A DNA stretch of 64,000 nucleotides, from assembly GCA_963849285.1 (NCBI GenBank), contig CAWKGS010000004.1, positions 180,800 to 244,799 on the forward strand, given 5' to 3'. The position numbers were made by a program, and so were the translations under genes. Origin of the DNA: an uncultured Solirubrobacterales bacterium. Lineage in GTDB: Bacteria > Actinomycetota > Thermoleophilia > Solirubrobacterales > Solirubrobacteraceae. This document shows, piece by piece, positions 31,759 through 41,761 of the stretch. The number at the start of each line of letters is the position of its first letter. The first letter of the stretch is position 1. The notes under the pieces were generated by a model. It was given only the letters and a program-made list of their open reading frames with translations. It searched no databases and was not told the DNA's origin.

Positions 31759-32346
31759 TCAGACCGCCCCGCGCCGCCGGCGGTAGTGCGCCCTGGCCTT
31801 CGCCCGTCCGCCGCACACGCGCATCGAGCACCACCGCCCCGTCTGGTTGCGCGAATGGTCGAAGAACGCCCAGCCGCAGTCCTCGCCGGGGCAGACCTTC
31901 AACCGCGACCAGCTCCCGTCGATCGTCGCGGCAGCCACGGTCGCGAGGAGCGCGCCGAGCGCCTCGTCGAGGCCCGCGCGCTCTCCCGGGATGAACGACG
32001 CGCCGCCGGTGAACCGGACCTCGGCCCGCGCCCCGGCAGCGGCCGTGTCGAGCCGCTCGAGCACCGCGCGCGGCGGCTGGTCGCCCGGGTTCGCGGCAGC
32101 GAGGGCCCGCAGCGACTCGCGGATCGTCAGGGCTCGCTCGAGCCCCTTTGCATCGACGCGGGCCCCCGGATCGATCAGCTCCCGTTCGGCGAGCCAGCGG
32201 ACGAGCGCCGCCGGGCTGTCGAAGAGCTCCGCGCCATGGTCGTGCTCGAGATCGTAGTGCGAGTTGATGAATGCCTGGACGAGTGCCAGCCGCCCGGGCG
32301 CCGGCGGACGACCGCCCGGTTGGACTGGATCCCTCTCACCACCCAT
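31759..32346 (-). CDS. CGNR zinc finger / ABATE domain protein
   Basis: RLKVCPGEDCGWAFFDHSRNQTGRWCSMRVCGGRAK. Confidence 0.9.
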   Translation of the reverse strand: MGGERDPVQPGGRPPAPGRLALVQAFINSHYDLEHDHGAELFDSPAALVRWLAERELIDPGARVDAKGLERALTIRESLRALAAANPGDQPPRAVLERLDTAAAGARAEVRFTGGASFIPGERAGLDEALGALLATVAAATIDGSWSRLKVCPGEDCGWAFFDHSRNQTGRWCSMRVCGGRAKARAHYRRRRGAV

Positions 32347-32546
32347 GCGCGCTTCACCGGTTAGCCTACACCTTCCCAGGGGTGGCGACGTTCCTATGAA
32401 TGATTCGTACTTTCATCCCAGGGGAGGCGCGGGCGTGGGCCGGTGCCAGACGCGGACGTCGCCCTTCGGTCGGGCCCAGCGCCGGCCGCCGGTGAGGCCG
32501 ATCCCCGCGCTTATACTTGGCGTTCCCATCAGGTCAGGAGTGGCAC

Positions 32547-33038
32547 GTGCAGGAAATGGTGATCTATGGCGTGAGCTTCGACATGGTCGGAAAGCAGCCG
32601 ATCGTCCTGCTGAAGACCGTGGAGAGCAACAAGTTCCTGCCGATCTGGATCGGCCACCCCGAGGCCGCGGCGATCTTGATGAAGCTGCAGGGCGCGTCGA
32701 CGCCGCGCCCGATGACCCATGACCTGCTGTCGGACATGCTCGGCGAGCTCGACGTCGAGTGCACCCGTGTGGCCGTGACCGAGCTGCGCGAGAACACCTT
32801 CTACGCGTCGATCAACCTCCGCGTCAACGGCCGGGAGCTCGAGATCGACTCGCGTCCCAGCGATGCGCTGGCCCTCGCGGTCCGCTCGGGGGCGCCGATC
32901 TACGCCGCCGACGACGTCATCGCGGAATCCGCGATCGAGTTCGAGCACGAGGTCGAGGACACCGAGGAAGTCGTCGAGAAGTTCAAGGACTTCCTCGACC
33001 AGGTGACGCCCGAGGACTTCGCTGCGGGCGACTCGTAA
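32547..33038 (+). CDS. Bifunctional nuclease family protein (DUF151)
   Basis: LPIWIG..EA, RPMTHDL and IDSRPSDALALA. Confidence 0.92.
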   Translation: MQEMVIYGVSFDMVGKQPIVLLKTVESNKFLPIWIGHPEAAAILMKLQGASTPRPMTHDLLSDMLGELDVECTRVAVTELRENTFYASINLRVNGRELEIDSRPSDALALAVRSGAPIYAADDVIAESAIEFEHEVEDTEEVVEKFKDFLDQVTPEDFAAGDS

Positions 33039-33041
33039 CCG

Positions 33042-33740
33042 CTACTTGCAGCGGTTCACCTTCGGTGCCGACAGCTTCGACGGGTAGGTGAATTTGGTGG
33101 TGAAGGTGAAGGCGCTGACGTTGCCACCGCTGTGAACGTGCACGCGCGCGACGCTGACCAGGTCGGTCGACTTCGACACGGTGTCGGTTTCGCTCGCCGT
33201 CGACTTCTTCGTCCACGGATAGACGTATGTCAGCAGCAAGCTGTTCCCCGAAGGCTGGGGAGCACTCACCTTTCCGCTGATCACGTAGCCGGGACCGCCA
33301 AAGGTGCTCGGGAGCGGGCCATGAAGCTTGCCGAAGCAGGTGTGGTGATTGCCGCTGACGAACGCGTAGAACTCGCCGGAGTGGTTCATCACGACTTCCA
33401 CCGGGAACTGGGAGTTGCCGACGGGAGTCAGCTGATCGCGCCACCAGACGACCTTTCCGTTCTTGAGACCCACGGTAGCGGTCTCCTTGGCTCGGCTGAA
33501 GCCGGCAGGACCCTTGGCGGTCGCGTATTCGTAGCTGAAATAGGAGAACCTTCCGAGCCCGGAGCTGATCCAGAAGTAGCCAGACTCGGTGTAGGCGAAG
33601 CCGTGCAGCTTGTTGTAGGCCCCCAGGACGCTGCGCGCGAGTGAATCGCCCGACGGATTGCCGCTGAGCGCGCCGACCGCGCTTGCCGCGCCGGCCAGCA
33701 CCACGGCGATCGTGACGAGTACAGCTGCGAGCTTCCGCAT
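33042..33740 (-). CDS. Hypothetical secreted beta-rich protein
   Basis: Signal peptide MRKLAAVLVTIAVVLAGAASA followed by a beta-strand-rich body. Confidence 0.7.
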   Translation of the reverse strand: MRKLAAVLVTIAVVLAGAASAVGALSGNPSGDSLARSVLGAYNKLHGFAYTESGYFWISSGLGRFSYFSYEYATAKGPAGFSRAKETATVGLKNGKVVWWRDQLTPVGNSQFPVEVVMNHSGEFYAFVSGNHHTCFGKLHGPLPSTFGGPGYVISGKVSAPQPSGNSLLLTYVYPWTKKSTASETDTVSKSTDLVSVARVHVHSGGNVSAFTFTTKFTYPSKLSAPKVNRCK

Positions 33741-33805
33741 TACCGCCCCCCTTCGATTGATCGCCGGCCAGCCTCCGGCGACGAACTTGAACCTCCGACC
33801 GGACG

Positions 33806-34972
33806 TTAATCGGCGAGCGCGACCGCGTCAAGCGCGCGCTCCACCTGCTGGTGGTGATGGATCAGCGCCGGCTCGTTGCGGCCGTAGATGATCTCGGGCA
33901 TCAGCCCCGTGCGCAGCGAGCGATGGATGTCCTGCTGCTGGCCGAAGTCCTCCTCGAACACGACCTTGTGCGTGAAGCGCACGTTTGCGTCCCAGAACGC
34001 CCGGTCCTCCTCCGACTGGACGGGCTTCGGCGTGTAGAAGCGCACGCTCACCCGACTGCGGTGCGGGTCGCCGGGCTCGGGATAGATCTCCCACAGCTCG
34101 GCGTGGCCACTCATCGGCAGGTTGATCACCGCGCTCGGGAACAGCAGGTAGACGATCGAGGCGAACTGCCGCAGCTCCCACTCCTCGACCGGGCGCTCGA
34201 GCAGCGAGACGACCTCCCTGCGCATCACCGCGCCGCGCGTGTGGGGGCCGAAGCTCTCGCCGACGAACGGCGTCGAGAGCATGTCCGGCGCGAGCGTGTC
34301 GTGATGCAGCGAGAACACGTGGTAGCTCTCGGTGAAGGTGTCGTGAACGAGCTTCCAATTGGCGTCGAACACGCCCTCGCGCTGGGCGTAGAAGGACCAG
34401 CGCTCGAGCCCGTAGTCGGCCAGCTCCGGCCCCAGCCCGGCGAGCTCGGCCGCCACGTCGATCGGCTCCTCCCCGGCGATTCGCGCGAAGATCAGGCCGA
34501 AGCGCTCGGCGACGGCCACCGGGACCAGGCCGAGCTGCGCGCGATCGAGCCCGTCGAAGGCATCGCGCGCGAGCGGCTGCCCCAGCAGCGCGCCATCCAG
34601 GTCGTAGGCCCACGAGTGGTACGGACACTTGATCGCTCTGCCCGGCCGGCCGCGCCCCGCGAACACGCGCCCGCCGCGATGGCGGCAGATGTTGAGGAAC
34701 GCGCGCACGGTCGCGTCCTCGCCACGAGCGAGCAGCAGCGGCACGCCGGCCGCCTCGGTGGCCATGCAGTCGCCCGTCGCGGGCAGGTCCGCGCTGAACG
34801 CGACCAGGAGCGGCCGGCCCCTGAACAGCACCCGCTCCTCCATCGCCAGTCGTTCGGGATCGGTGTAGACCGAGGCCCGCTGGCGGTACGGCTGCGCCGC
34901 CATGGTCGTGGTGTGTGCGTCGCGCAGCGCGAAGAACGTCCTGAGGATGTCCCTCTGCGTCTCGATTCTCAT
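33806..34972 (-). CDS. Rieske non-heme iron oxygenase, alpha subunit
   Basis: CRHRG...CPYH Rieske motif; ESYH..LH and EED mononuclear Fe site. Confidence 0.9.
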   Translation of the reverse strand: MRIETQRDILRTFFALRDAHTTTMAAQPYRQRASVYTDPERLAMEERVLFRGRPLLVAFSADLPATGDCMATEAAGVPLLLARGEDATVRAFLNICRHRGGRVFAGRGRPGRAIKCPYHSWAYDLDGALLGQPLARDAFDGLDRAQLGLVPVAVAERFGLIFARIAGEEPIDVAAELAGLGPELADYGLERWSFYAQREGVFDANWKLVHDTFTESYHVFSLHHDTLAPDMLSTPFVGESFGPHTRGAVMRREVVSLLERPVEEWELRQFASIVYLLFPSAVINLPMSGHAELWEIYPEPGDPHRSRVSVRFYTPKPVQSEEDRAFWDANVRFTHKVVFEEDFGQQQDIHRSLRTGLMPEIIYGRNEPALIHHHQQVERALDAVALAD

Positions 34973-35913
34973 CGCTTGACCGCCGCCGCCAGGATACGCC
35001 CGATCAGCTCGTCGAACTCGATTCCGGCCGCATCCGCCGCCTGCGGCAGGAGGCTCGTCTCGGTCAGGCCGGGGATCGGGTCGACCTCGAGCACGTACAG
35101 CTCGCCCGTCTCCGCCTCGAGCATCAGGTCGACCCGCGCGAACCCCGCGCATCCGAGCAGCGCGAAGGCCTCGAGCGCGATCTCGCTCGCCCGCGCCGCG
35201 AGCGCGCCGTCGAGCGCGGCCGGGCAGACGAAGCGGGTCCGCCCGATCTCATAGCGCGCCTCGAAGTCGTAGAAGTCCTCCTGCTCGGGCACGGCCTCGA
35301 CGATCGGAAGCGCCTGCGGCATCCCGCCGTCCTCGAGGATCGAGACCGCGAGGTCGCGACCGGGCACGTGTCGCTCGAGCAGCACCTTGCGGTCGTAGGA
35401 GAAGGCCGCGACCAGGGCGGCCGGCACGTCGGCCGCGGTCCGGGCGAACTTGATCCCGAGCGCCGACCCCTGTCCCGCCGGCTTCACAACGATCGGGAAC
35501 TGCAGCCGCTCCTCGATCGCGGGCAGCGCCTGCGCGGCGCCGAGCTCGCGAAACGCCGTCTCGTTGAACGCGAAGAAGTCCGGAGTGGGAATCCCGCGAT
35601 CGAGCATCGCGTGCTTGGCGAGGACCTTGTCGGCGGCGCGGATGCATGCCGAGACGCCGGATCCCGTGTACGCGATCCCCATCACCTCGAGCAGCTCCTG
35701 GATCGTCCCGTCCTCGCCGTCACGGCCGTGGAGCGCGACGAAGGCGACCTCCGGCGCCGCGGACCCGAGCCGGTCGACGAGATCGCCGCCGACATCGATC
35801 GCGATCACCTCGTGGCCGAGGCGCTCGAGCGCGTCCTGTACCCGCGCGCCAGACTTCAGCGACACCTGACGCTCGAGCGAACGGCCGCCCTTGAGCACCG
35901 CGACGCGACTCAA
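34969..35913 (-). CDS. ddl: D-alanine--D-alanine ligase family ATP-grasp enzyme
   Basis: GGRSLERQVS, ALHGRDGEDG, VKP and FARVD; variant motifs YDFEARY and EVDPIPG. Confidence 0.8.
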   Translation of the reverse strand: MSRVAVLKGGRSLERQVSLKSGARVQDALERLGHEVIAIDVGGDLVDRLGSAAPEVAFVALHGRDGEDGTIQELLEVMGIAYTGSGVSACIRAADKVLAKHAMLDRGIPTPDFFAFNETAFRELGAAQALPAIEERLQFPIVVKPAGQGSALGIKFARTAADVPAALVAAFSYDRKVLLERHVPGRDLAVSILEDGGMPQALPIVEAVPEQEDFYDFEARYEIGRTRFVCPAALDGALAARASEIALEAFALLGCAGFARVDLMLEAETGELYVLEVDPIPGLTETSLLPQAADAAGIEFDELIGRILAAAVKR

Positions 35914-35932
35914 CCCCGGCCCCCGATGCGAT

Positions 35933-37327
35933 TCATCCAGCTTGCGAGCGCTGCGCGGGAAGCCGCAGCACCTTGGCCAGCTCCGTGGACTCGGGCTCGT
36001 GCGCGGGTGCGCCGCGCGTCGCGGTCCCGCCGCGCGATCGCGGCACGGTCCCCGTCAGGGTGCCGTACAGCTCGACCTGCTCGCGCACGATCTCGCCGAT
36101 GCGGCGAATTCCCTCGCGGATGTCGTCCTCGCCGACGCCGGAGAAGTTCAGGCGCATCGCCGAACCGCCGCGTCCGTCGATGTAGGCGGCCCTGCCGGGG
36201 ACGAAGGCGACGTGCTCCTCGAGCGCCCGCGCCAGCAGGTCGGTGGTGTCGATGTAGTCGGGCAGCGTCGCCCAGATGAACAGTCCCCCGCGAGGGTGGG
36301 TCCACTCGGCCTCGCGCGGGAAGTGCTCCGCCAGCGCGTCGAGCATCACATCGCGCCTGCGGCGGTAGATCTCGATCAGCGACCGCACGTAGTTCTGCCA
36401 CGGTCCCGAGTCGAAGTACGCGGCCACGAAGTACTGCGAGATCGAGGAAGAGCACAGGTCGGCGGCCTGCTTGCCGATGTTCATCTTCTGCAGCACGGGC
36501 GCCGGCGCCGTGGTCCAGCCGAGCCGCACGCCGGGGGAGAGGATCTTCGAGAACGTGCTCGCGTAGATGACGAACTCGCCGCCGTCGAGCGCGCGCAGCG
36601 TCGGCAACGGCGCGCCCTCGTAGCGCAGCAGGCCATAGGGGTTGTCCTCGAGCACGAGCAGCTCGCGCTCGTTCGCGATCCGCACCAGCTCGTGCCGGCG
36701 CTCGAGTGACATGGTCACCCCGGCGGGGTTGTGGAAGTTGGGCACGGTGTAGATGAACTTCGGTCGCCGCCCGCTGCGCTCGAGCTGCTCGAGCGTCTGC
36801 TCGAGCTCGCCGGTGCGCATTCCGTCGCGATCCATCGTGATCTGCACGACGTCAGCCTGGTAGCAGGAGAACGTGGGCACCGCACCCGGATAGGTCGGGC
36901 CCTCCGTCACGACCACATCGCCCGGATCGAGCAGCGTCTTGCAGACCAGGTCGATCACCTGCTGGCCGCCCGTGGTGACGAGGATCTCGTCGGCGTCGGC
37001 CTCGATCCCCTCGCTCGCCATCACCTCGACGATGCAGCCCTTGACGAGCGCGAGGCCCTCGGTCGGGGCGTACTGAAGCGCTCGAGCGCACGAGTCGGCG
37101 GCCACGCTGTTCATCAGCGCGGCGTACGAGTCCGGCGGGAAGGTGGAGGTGTCCGGCAGCCCGCCGGCCAGCGAGATCACGTCCTCGCGTTCGGTCAGCG
37201 CCATCAGATCGCGCATCGCCGAGGACTTCATGACCTTCGTGCGATCGGCGAACAGTGAGGCGTAGCGTTCGATGTCCCGGGCGGTCGAGCGCGGGCGGCG
37301 CGCGCCGGGGTCACCGCCCGGGCTCAT
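35933..37327 (-). CDS. PLP-dependent class I/II aminotransferase (LysN/AvtA-like)
   Basis: ISLAGGLPD, YTVPNFHNPAG, EDNPY and TFSKILSPGVRLG. Confidence 0.9.
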   Translation of the reverse strand: MSPGGDPGARRPRSTARDIERYASLFADRTKVMKSSAMRDLMALTEREDVISLAGGLPDTSTFPPDSYAALMNSVAADSCARALQYAPTEGLALVKGCIVEVMASEGIEADADEILVTTGGQQVIDLVCKTLLDPGDVVVTEGPTYPGAVPTFSCYQADVVQITMDRDGMRTGELEQTLEQLERSGRRPKFIYTVPNFHNPAGVTMSLERRHELVRIANERELLVLEDNPYGLLRYEGAPLPTLRALDGGEFVIYASTFSKILSPGVRLGWTTAPAPVLQKMNIGKQAADLCSSSISQYFVAAYFDSGPWQNYVRSLIEIYRRRRDVMLDALAEHFPREAEWTHPRGGLFIWATLPDYIDTTDLLARALEEHVAFVPGRAAYIDGRGGSAMRLNFSGVGEDDIREGIRRIGEIVREQVELYGTLTGTVPRSRGGTATRGAPAHEPESTELAKVLRLPAQRSQAG

Positions 37328-37371
37328 CGCGCCATCTCGTCTATCGTCACGCTCCATCACGGTACAGCACG

Positions 37372-37953
37372 GTGCATCTCGCCTTCGACATATTCCAGGG
37401 CCTCGGAATCGCGGCGGCGGTCGGAGTCCGGCCATTTGCGCCGGCGCTCGCGGTGTGCGCGCTGGCGGCTGGAAACGTCGAGATCCACTTCAACCACACG
37501 GACTACTCTTTTCTTCAGAGCGGCCCTTTCCTGCTCGCGCTCGCGGTCCTGGCGATCCTGCTGTTGCTCGCCGAGCGGCAGACCACCCTTGACCGGGGGC
37601 CGAGCGCGGTGGTGCTCGGGCTCGCGGGGCTGGCGCTGGGGGCGCTGCTGTTCGCGGGCTCGCTCGCGCGCGGCCACTATGCCGTCTGGCCGGGCTTCGT
37701 CGCCGGCGTGCTCTGCGCTGCGGTGGGGTTCGCGGCGAGCGGACCGCTCCTGCGCAGGGTCCGCGCGCGCCTCGACGAGTCCGGGGCGGCGACGCTCCCG
37801 CTCTACGTGGAGGCGGCCGCGCTCCTGTTCGCGGCGCTATCGGTGGTGGCCCCGCCCGTCGGCATCATCGTGATCGCCTCGCTGGCTTGGTTGCTGTGGG
37901 CCGGCCGCCGGCGCGATCAGCAGAAGTACGCCGGGCTGCGAATCCTGCGGTGA
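37372..37953 (+). CDS. Membrane protein, DUF4126-like
   Basis: GLGIAAAVGVRPFAP N-terminal motif and multiple TM segments. Confidence 0.6.
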   Translation: MHLAFDIFQGLGIAAAVGVRPFAPALAVCALAAGNVEIHFNHTDYSFLQSGPFLLALAVLAILLLLAERQTTLDRGPSAVVLGLAGLALGALLFAGSLARGHYAVWPGFVAGVLCAAVGFAASGPLLRRVRARLDESGAATLPLYVEAAALLFAALSVVAPPVGIIVIASLAWLLWAGRRRDQQKYAGLRILR

Positions 37954-37975
37954 GTTCGATCCTTCGAACCGCCCG

Positions 37976-39463
37976 GTGAGCAGTCCGCCCAAGAAGCTGG
38001 TGCTCGTCGTGATCGACGCGCTCAAGCCGTCGATGCTCGACCGCGCGATCGCGACCGGGCGGGCGCCGGCGCTGGAGCGATTGCGCGACGACGGCGTCTA
38101 CGTCGACGAGTGTGTCGCCGCGTTCCCGTCGGTGACCCCTGTCTGCGCGGCCACGATCACTACCGGCGTCGGTCCCGACCGGCATCTGATTCCGAGCATG
38201 AACTGGTACCACCGCGAGGAGGAGCGCTACGTCGAGTACGGCTCGAGCTTCTCGGCCTCGCGGCAGTTCGGCGTGCTGCGCTCGCTGACGGACACCGTGT
38301 ACCGGATGAACGCCGAGCATCTTTCGCGCGACGTGGAGACGGTCTTCGAGAGCCTCGACGACGCGGACATCCGCACCGCCGGTACGACCTATCTGATCTA
38401 CCGCGGCCGCCATCACCACGAGGTCGCCAACGAGACCGCGCTCGCGACGATCGTCACCTCGACCCTGTTCCGCCGCACGATCGACGGTCCGCTCGAGCTG
38501 TTCTACGCCGATCTGTACGCGAGCCGCAAGACCGGCTGTCGCGGGCAGCTCGGGATGCCCGGCATCCGCGACCAGCACACCGGCTGCGTCGGCGCCTACC
38601 TGGTCGAGAACGACCTGTTCGACTTCATGCTGTTCTCGCTGCCCGACAACGACGCGTGGTCGCACAAGAATGGACCGCACTCGCAGGTGACCTCGATCGC
38701 CGCCGCCGATCGCCAGCTCGAGCGGCTGATGCACTCCGCCGGCGGCCCCGAGACGTTCCTCGAGGAATATGCGGTGATCGTCGCCTCCGACCACTCCCAG
38801 GCCGCGGTCGAGGAGCGGATCAGGCTCGATCGCGCGTTCGCCGACGTGGAGGTGGCGACGCCGCGCTCGCCGCGCTCGCAGGCCCAGGCGGAGGTGGCGC
38901 TGAGCCCAGCGCAGCGGGCGGCGATGGTCTACGTCCTCGATGAGGACCGGCGCGAGGAGCTGCGCTCGAAGTCGATCGAGGCGGTGCGCGAGCTCGACGG
39001 CGTCGATCTCATCCTGTGGAAGTCCGGGGAGGAGGGCGTCGTGCTCAGTCGCCGCGGCGAGCTGCGGTTCGCCCCAGGCCGCGATCTCGTCGACGCGCGC
39101 GGCGGGCGCTGGAGCGTCGAGGGCGAGCTGGGGGCGCTGCGCGCCGAGGTGCAGGACGGCCAGTTCCTCTGTACCGAGTATCCGGACGCGCTGGCACGGA
39201 TGTGGTCGGCGCTCAACTGCCCGACCGCGGGAGACCTGCTGCTCTCGGCCTCGCCCGGCTACGAGTTCGTCGACTGGGGCGGCGCGGACCACCTCGGCGG
39301 CGGCAGCCACGGCTCCCTGCACCGCTCCGACTCGCTCGGGGCGCTACTGTGGTGCGGGACAGGACCGGACTCGGCCGGCGCGCAGCGGCAGTGGTCGTTG
39401 CGCGACATCGCTCCGATGGTCCGGGCACACTTCGGCCTGCGTTCGGTCGAGACTGGCAACTAG
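37976..39463 (+). CDS. Alkaline phosphatase superfamily (nucleotide pyrophosphatase/phosphodiesterase-like) protein
   Basis: VIDAL, FPSVT, DAWSH, ASDH and GSHG. Confidence 0.85.
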   Translation: MSSPPKKLVLVVIDALKPSMLDRAIATGRAPALERLRDDGVYVDECVAAFPSVTPVCAATITTGVGPDRHLIPSMNWYHREEERYVEYGSSFSASRQFGVLRSLTDTVYRMNAEHLSRDVETVFESLDDADIRTAGTTYLIYRGRHHHEVANETALATIVTSTLFRRTIDGPLELFYADLYASRKTGCRGQLGMPGIRDQHTGCVGAYLVENDLFDFMLFSLPDNDAWSHKNGPHSQVTSIAAADRQLERLMHSAGGPETFLEEYAVIVASDHSQAAVEERIRLDRAFADVEVATPRSPRSQAQAEVALSPAQRAAMVYVLDEDRREELRSKSIEAVRELDGVDLILWKSGEEGVVLSRRGELRFAPGRDLVDARGGRWSVEGELGALRAEVQDGQFLCTEYPDALARMWSALNCPTAGDLLLSASPGYEFVDWGGADHLGGGSHGSLHRSDSLGALLWCGTGPDSAGAQRQWSLRDIAPMVRAHFGLRSVETGN

Positions 39464-39512
39464 CAACCGCACGTCTTACGGTGCTCGAATCTTGCGCCGA
39501 TACATTTCCCGG

Positions 39513-39962
39513 ATGCCCGAAGAGCTGACCACCACCGTCGAGCTGCCATTTCACGTTCGTGTGCGCCTCGGCGTGCGTCGCGGGCACAACTGGAAGCAGC
39601 TGGTGCGCTTCATCACCGTGGGCGCGAGCGGCTACGTCGTCAACCTCGGCGTGTTCGCGTTCTGCGTGCATCTGCTCGGGATCGACTACCGGATCGCCTC
39701 GGTGATCGCCTGGATCGTGTCGGTGGTCAACAACTTCTGGCTGAACCGCCACTGGACCTTCGACGCGCGCCACGCGCACCCGATGTTCCAGGGGGTGCGC
39801 TTCTGCGCCGTCTCGCTGGTCGCGTTCGGTTTCACCGAGGCGGTGCTGATCGGGCTCGTCGAAGGCGCGGGCGTCGCAAAGGTGGTTGCCCAGGCGATCG
39901 CGGTCGCCGCCGCGACGCCGCTGTCGTTCCTCGGGCAGAAGCTTTGGAGCTTCAGGGCCTGA
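39513..39962 (+). CDS. GtrA family flippase-like protein
   Basis: RFITVGASGYVVN, NFWLNRHWTF and FLGQKLWSF. Confidence 0.9.
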   Translation: MPEELTTTVELPFHVRVRLGVRRGHNWKQLVRFITVGASGYVVNLGVFAFCVHLLGIDYRIASVIAWIVSVVNNFWLNRHWTFDARHAHPMFQGVRFCAVSLVAFGFTEAVLIGLVEGAGVAKVVAQAIAVAAATPLSFLGQKLWSFRA

Positions 39963-41698
39963 GCAGCCGGGTCGCCGTCCGCCTCGCGCTCATATCCGCG
40001 TTGGCGCTGGTGCTCACCGGCGGGCTCGCCGCAGCCGCTCGCGCGAGCTCGGGCCTGAGCGCCGGGATCCCTCGCGGGACGAGGGCCGCGGCGCGCGTCC
40101 AGACCAACCCGAGCGCGCCGGTCCTCGTGACCGATCTGACGGTCCCGCCCGTGGGCTACCGGCTGACGGCGCTTCAGGTGCGCCGGATCGCCCGACGCGA
40201 CGCGCGCGTGATCGCGGAGCTGCGCCGGCACCCGTCGCTGCGGCCCTACGAGTACACGAAGGGGTACTCCACCTGGCAGGTGAGCTGGTTCACGCGCGGC
40301 AATCCCGAGCGTGAGCTGCTGCAGGTGTACGTGTCGGACGCGACCGGGCGGGTCACGCAGGTGTGGACCGGGTTCCAGGTCGCCTGGACGATGGCGCGGG
40401 GGTACGCGGGCGCGTTCGGCCGGCGCGTGAACGCCTGGTACGTGTGGATCCCGCTCTGCATCCTGTTCGTCGCGCCGTTCCTCCGGCGCCGGCCGACGCT
40501 GCTTCACCTCGACCTGTTGATGCTGCTCGGCTTCTCGATCTCGCTGGCGTTCTTCAACCACGCCGCGATCGGGCTGTCGGTACCGCTCGCTTACCCGTTC
40601 CTGCTGTACCTGCTGGTGCGGATGCTGTTGCTGGCGTTCGGACGCGGCCTGCCGCGCGAGCCGCTGCGGCTGGTGGTCCCCGTGTCGTGGCTGGCGATCG
40701 GCGCGGTCTTCCTGGTGGGCTTCAGGATCGGGCTCAACGTCGTCAACTCGAACGTGATCGACGTCGGCTACGCGGGCGTGATCGGCGCCGAGAAGGTGAT
40801 CCACGGCGAGAAGCTGTACGGCGGCTGGCCCCCCGACAACGCCTTTGGCGACACCTACGGGCCGGTCAACTACTACGCGTACGTCCCGTCCACCGCGGCG
40901 TTCGGCTGGAGCGGCACCTGGGACAATCTGCCCGCCGCACACGCCGCCGCGATCGCGTTCGACCTGCTGACGCTGATCGGGCTGTTCTTCCTCGGGCGGA
41001 TGATCCGGGGCCCCACGCTGGGCACGGTGCTCGCCTACATGTGGGCTGCGTATCCGTTCACGCTGTACACGCTCAGCTCCAACAGCAACGACTCCCTGGT
41101 GGCCCTGTTGATCGTCGTGGCGCTACTGGTCGCGCGGTCCGCGCCCGCGCGGGGCGTGGCCGGGGCGTTGGCGGGGCTGACGAAGTTCGCGCCGTTCGCG
41201 CTCGGGCCGCTGCTGTTGCGCGGAACCGGCGTGTATTGGCCACGTCGCCGATCGCTCGGCTCGTTCGTGGGCGCGTACGTCCTGGCCGCGGTCGTCGTGA
41301 TGCTGCCGGTCTTGCTCGCGAACAACCTCCACGCCTTCTGGCACGACACGGTCGCCTACCAGTCCGGCCGGGGCTCGCCGTTCTCGGTCTGGGGCCTGTG
41401 GGGCGGGCTGGGCTTCGAGCAGCACGTGGTCCAGGGCGCGGCGGCCGCGCTCGCCGTGCTGGTCGCCTTCTATCCGGGCGGGTCCCGGACCCTCACCCAG
41501 GTCGCGGCGTTGGGCGCCGCCGTCCTGATCGCGCTCCAATTGGGGATCACCCACTGGTTCTACCTGTACATCCCGTGGTTCTTCCCGTTGGTGATCGTGG
41601 CGCTGCTCGCCTCGCATCCGGCGCGGCGGGGGATGGCCCTGCCGGAAGCGGAAGAGCGCGGAGGGCGGGCGGGTGACGTGCTCGCCCACACGGCCTGA
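39944..41698 (+). CDS. GT-C fold membrane glycosyltransferase (GT87-like) with an N-terminal extracellular domain
   Basis: YGP, SNSND and LTKFAP motifs; more than 10 TM segments; adjacent to GtrA. Confidence 0.7.
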   Translation: MELQGLSSRVAVRLALISALALVLTGGLAAAARASSGLSAGIPRGTRAAARVQTNPSAPVLVTDLTVPPVGYRLTALQVRRIARRDARVIAELRRHPSLRPYEYTKGYSTWQVSWFTRGNPERELLQVYVSDATGRVTQVWTGFQVAWTMARGYAGAFGRRVNAWYVWIPLCILFVAPFLRRRPTLLHLDLLMLLGFSISLAFFNHAAIGLSVPLAYPFLLYLLVRMLLLAFGRGLPREPLRLVVPVSWLAIGAVFLVGFRIGLNVVNSNVIDVGYAGVIGAEKVIHGEKLYGGWPPDNAFGDTYGPVNYYAYVPSTAAFGWSGTWDNLPAAHAAAIAFDLLTLIGLFFLGRMIRGPTLGTVLAYMWAAYPFTLYTLSSNSNDSLVALLIVVALLVARSAPARGVAGALAGLTKFAPFALGPLLLRGTGVYWPRRRSLGSFVGAYVLAAVVVMLPVLLANNLHAFWHDTVAYQSGRGSPFSVWGLWGGLGFEQHVVQGAAAALAVLVAFYPGGSRTLTQVAALGAAVLIALQLGITHWFYLYIPWFFPLVIVALLASHPARRGMALPEAEERGGRAGDVLAHTA

Positions 41699-41761
41699 GG
41701 CGGGCGGCCGCAGCGAATCGCAACGGCCCCCGGATCGCATCGCCGCTGCGACGGGGGGCGC

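Noticed and set aside
32346-32547. CCCAGGGG direct repeats and an ATGAA...TTCAT inverted repeat
   Set aside because: Too short to distinguish from chance; probably promoter sequence.
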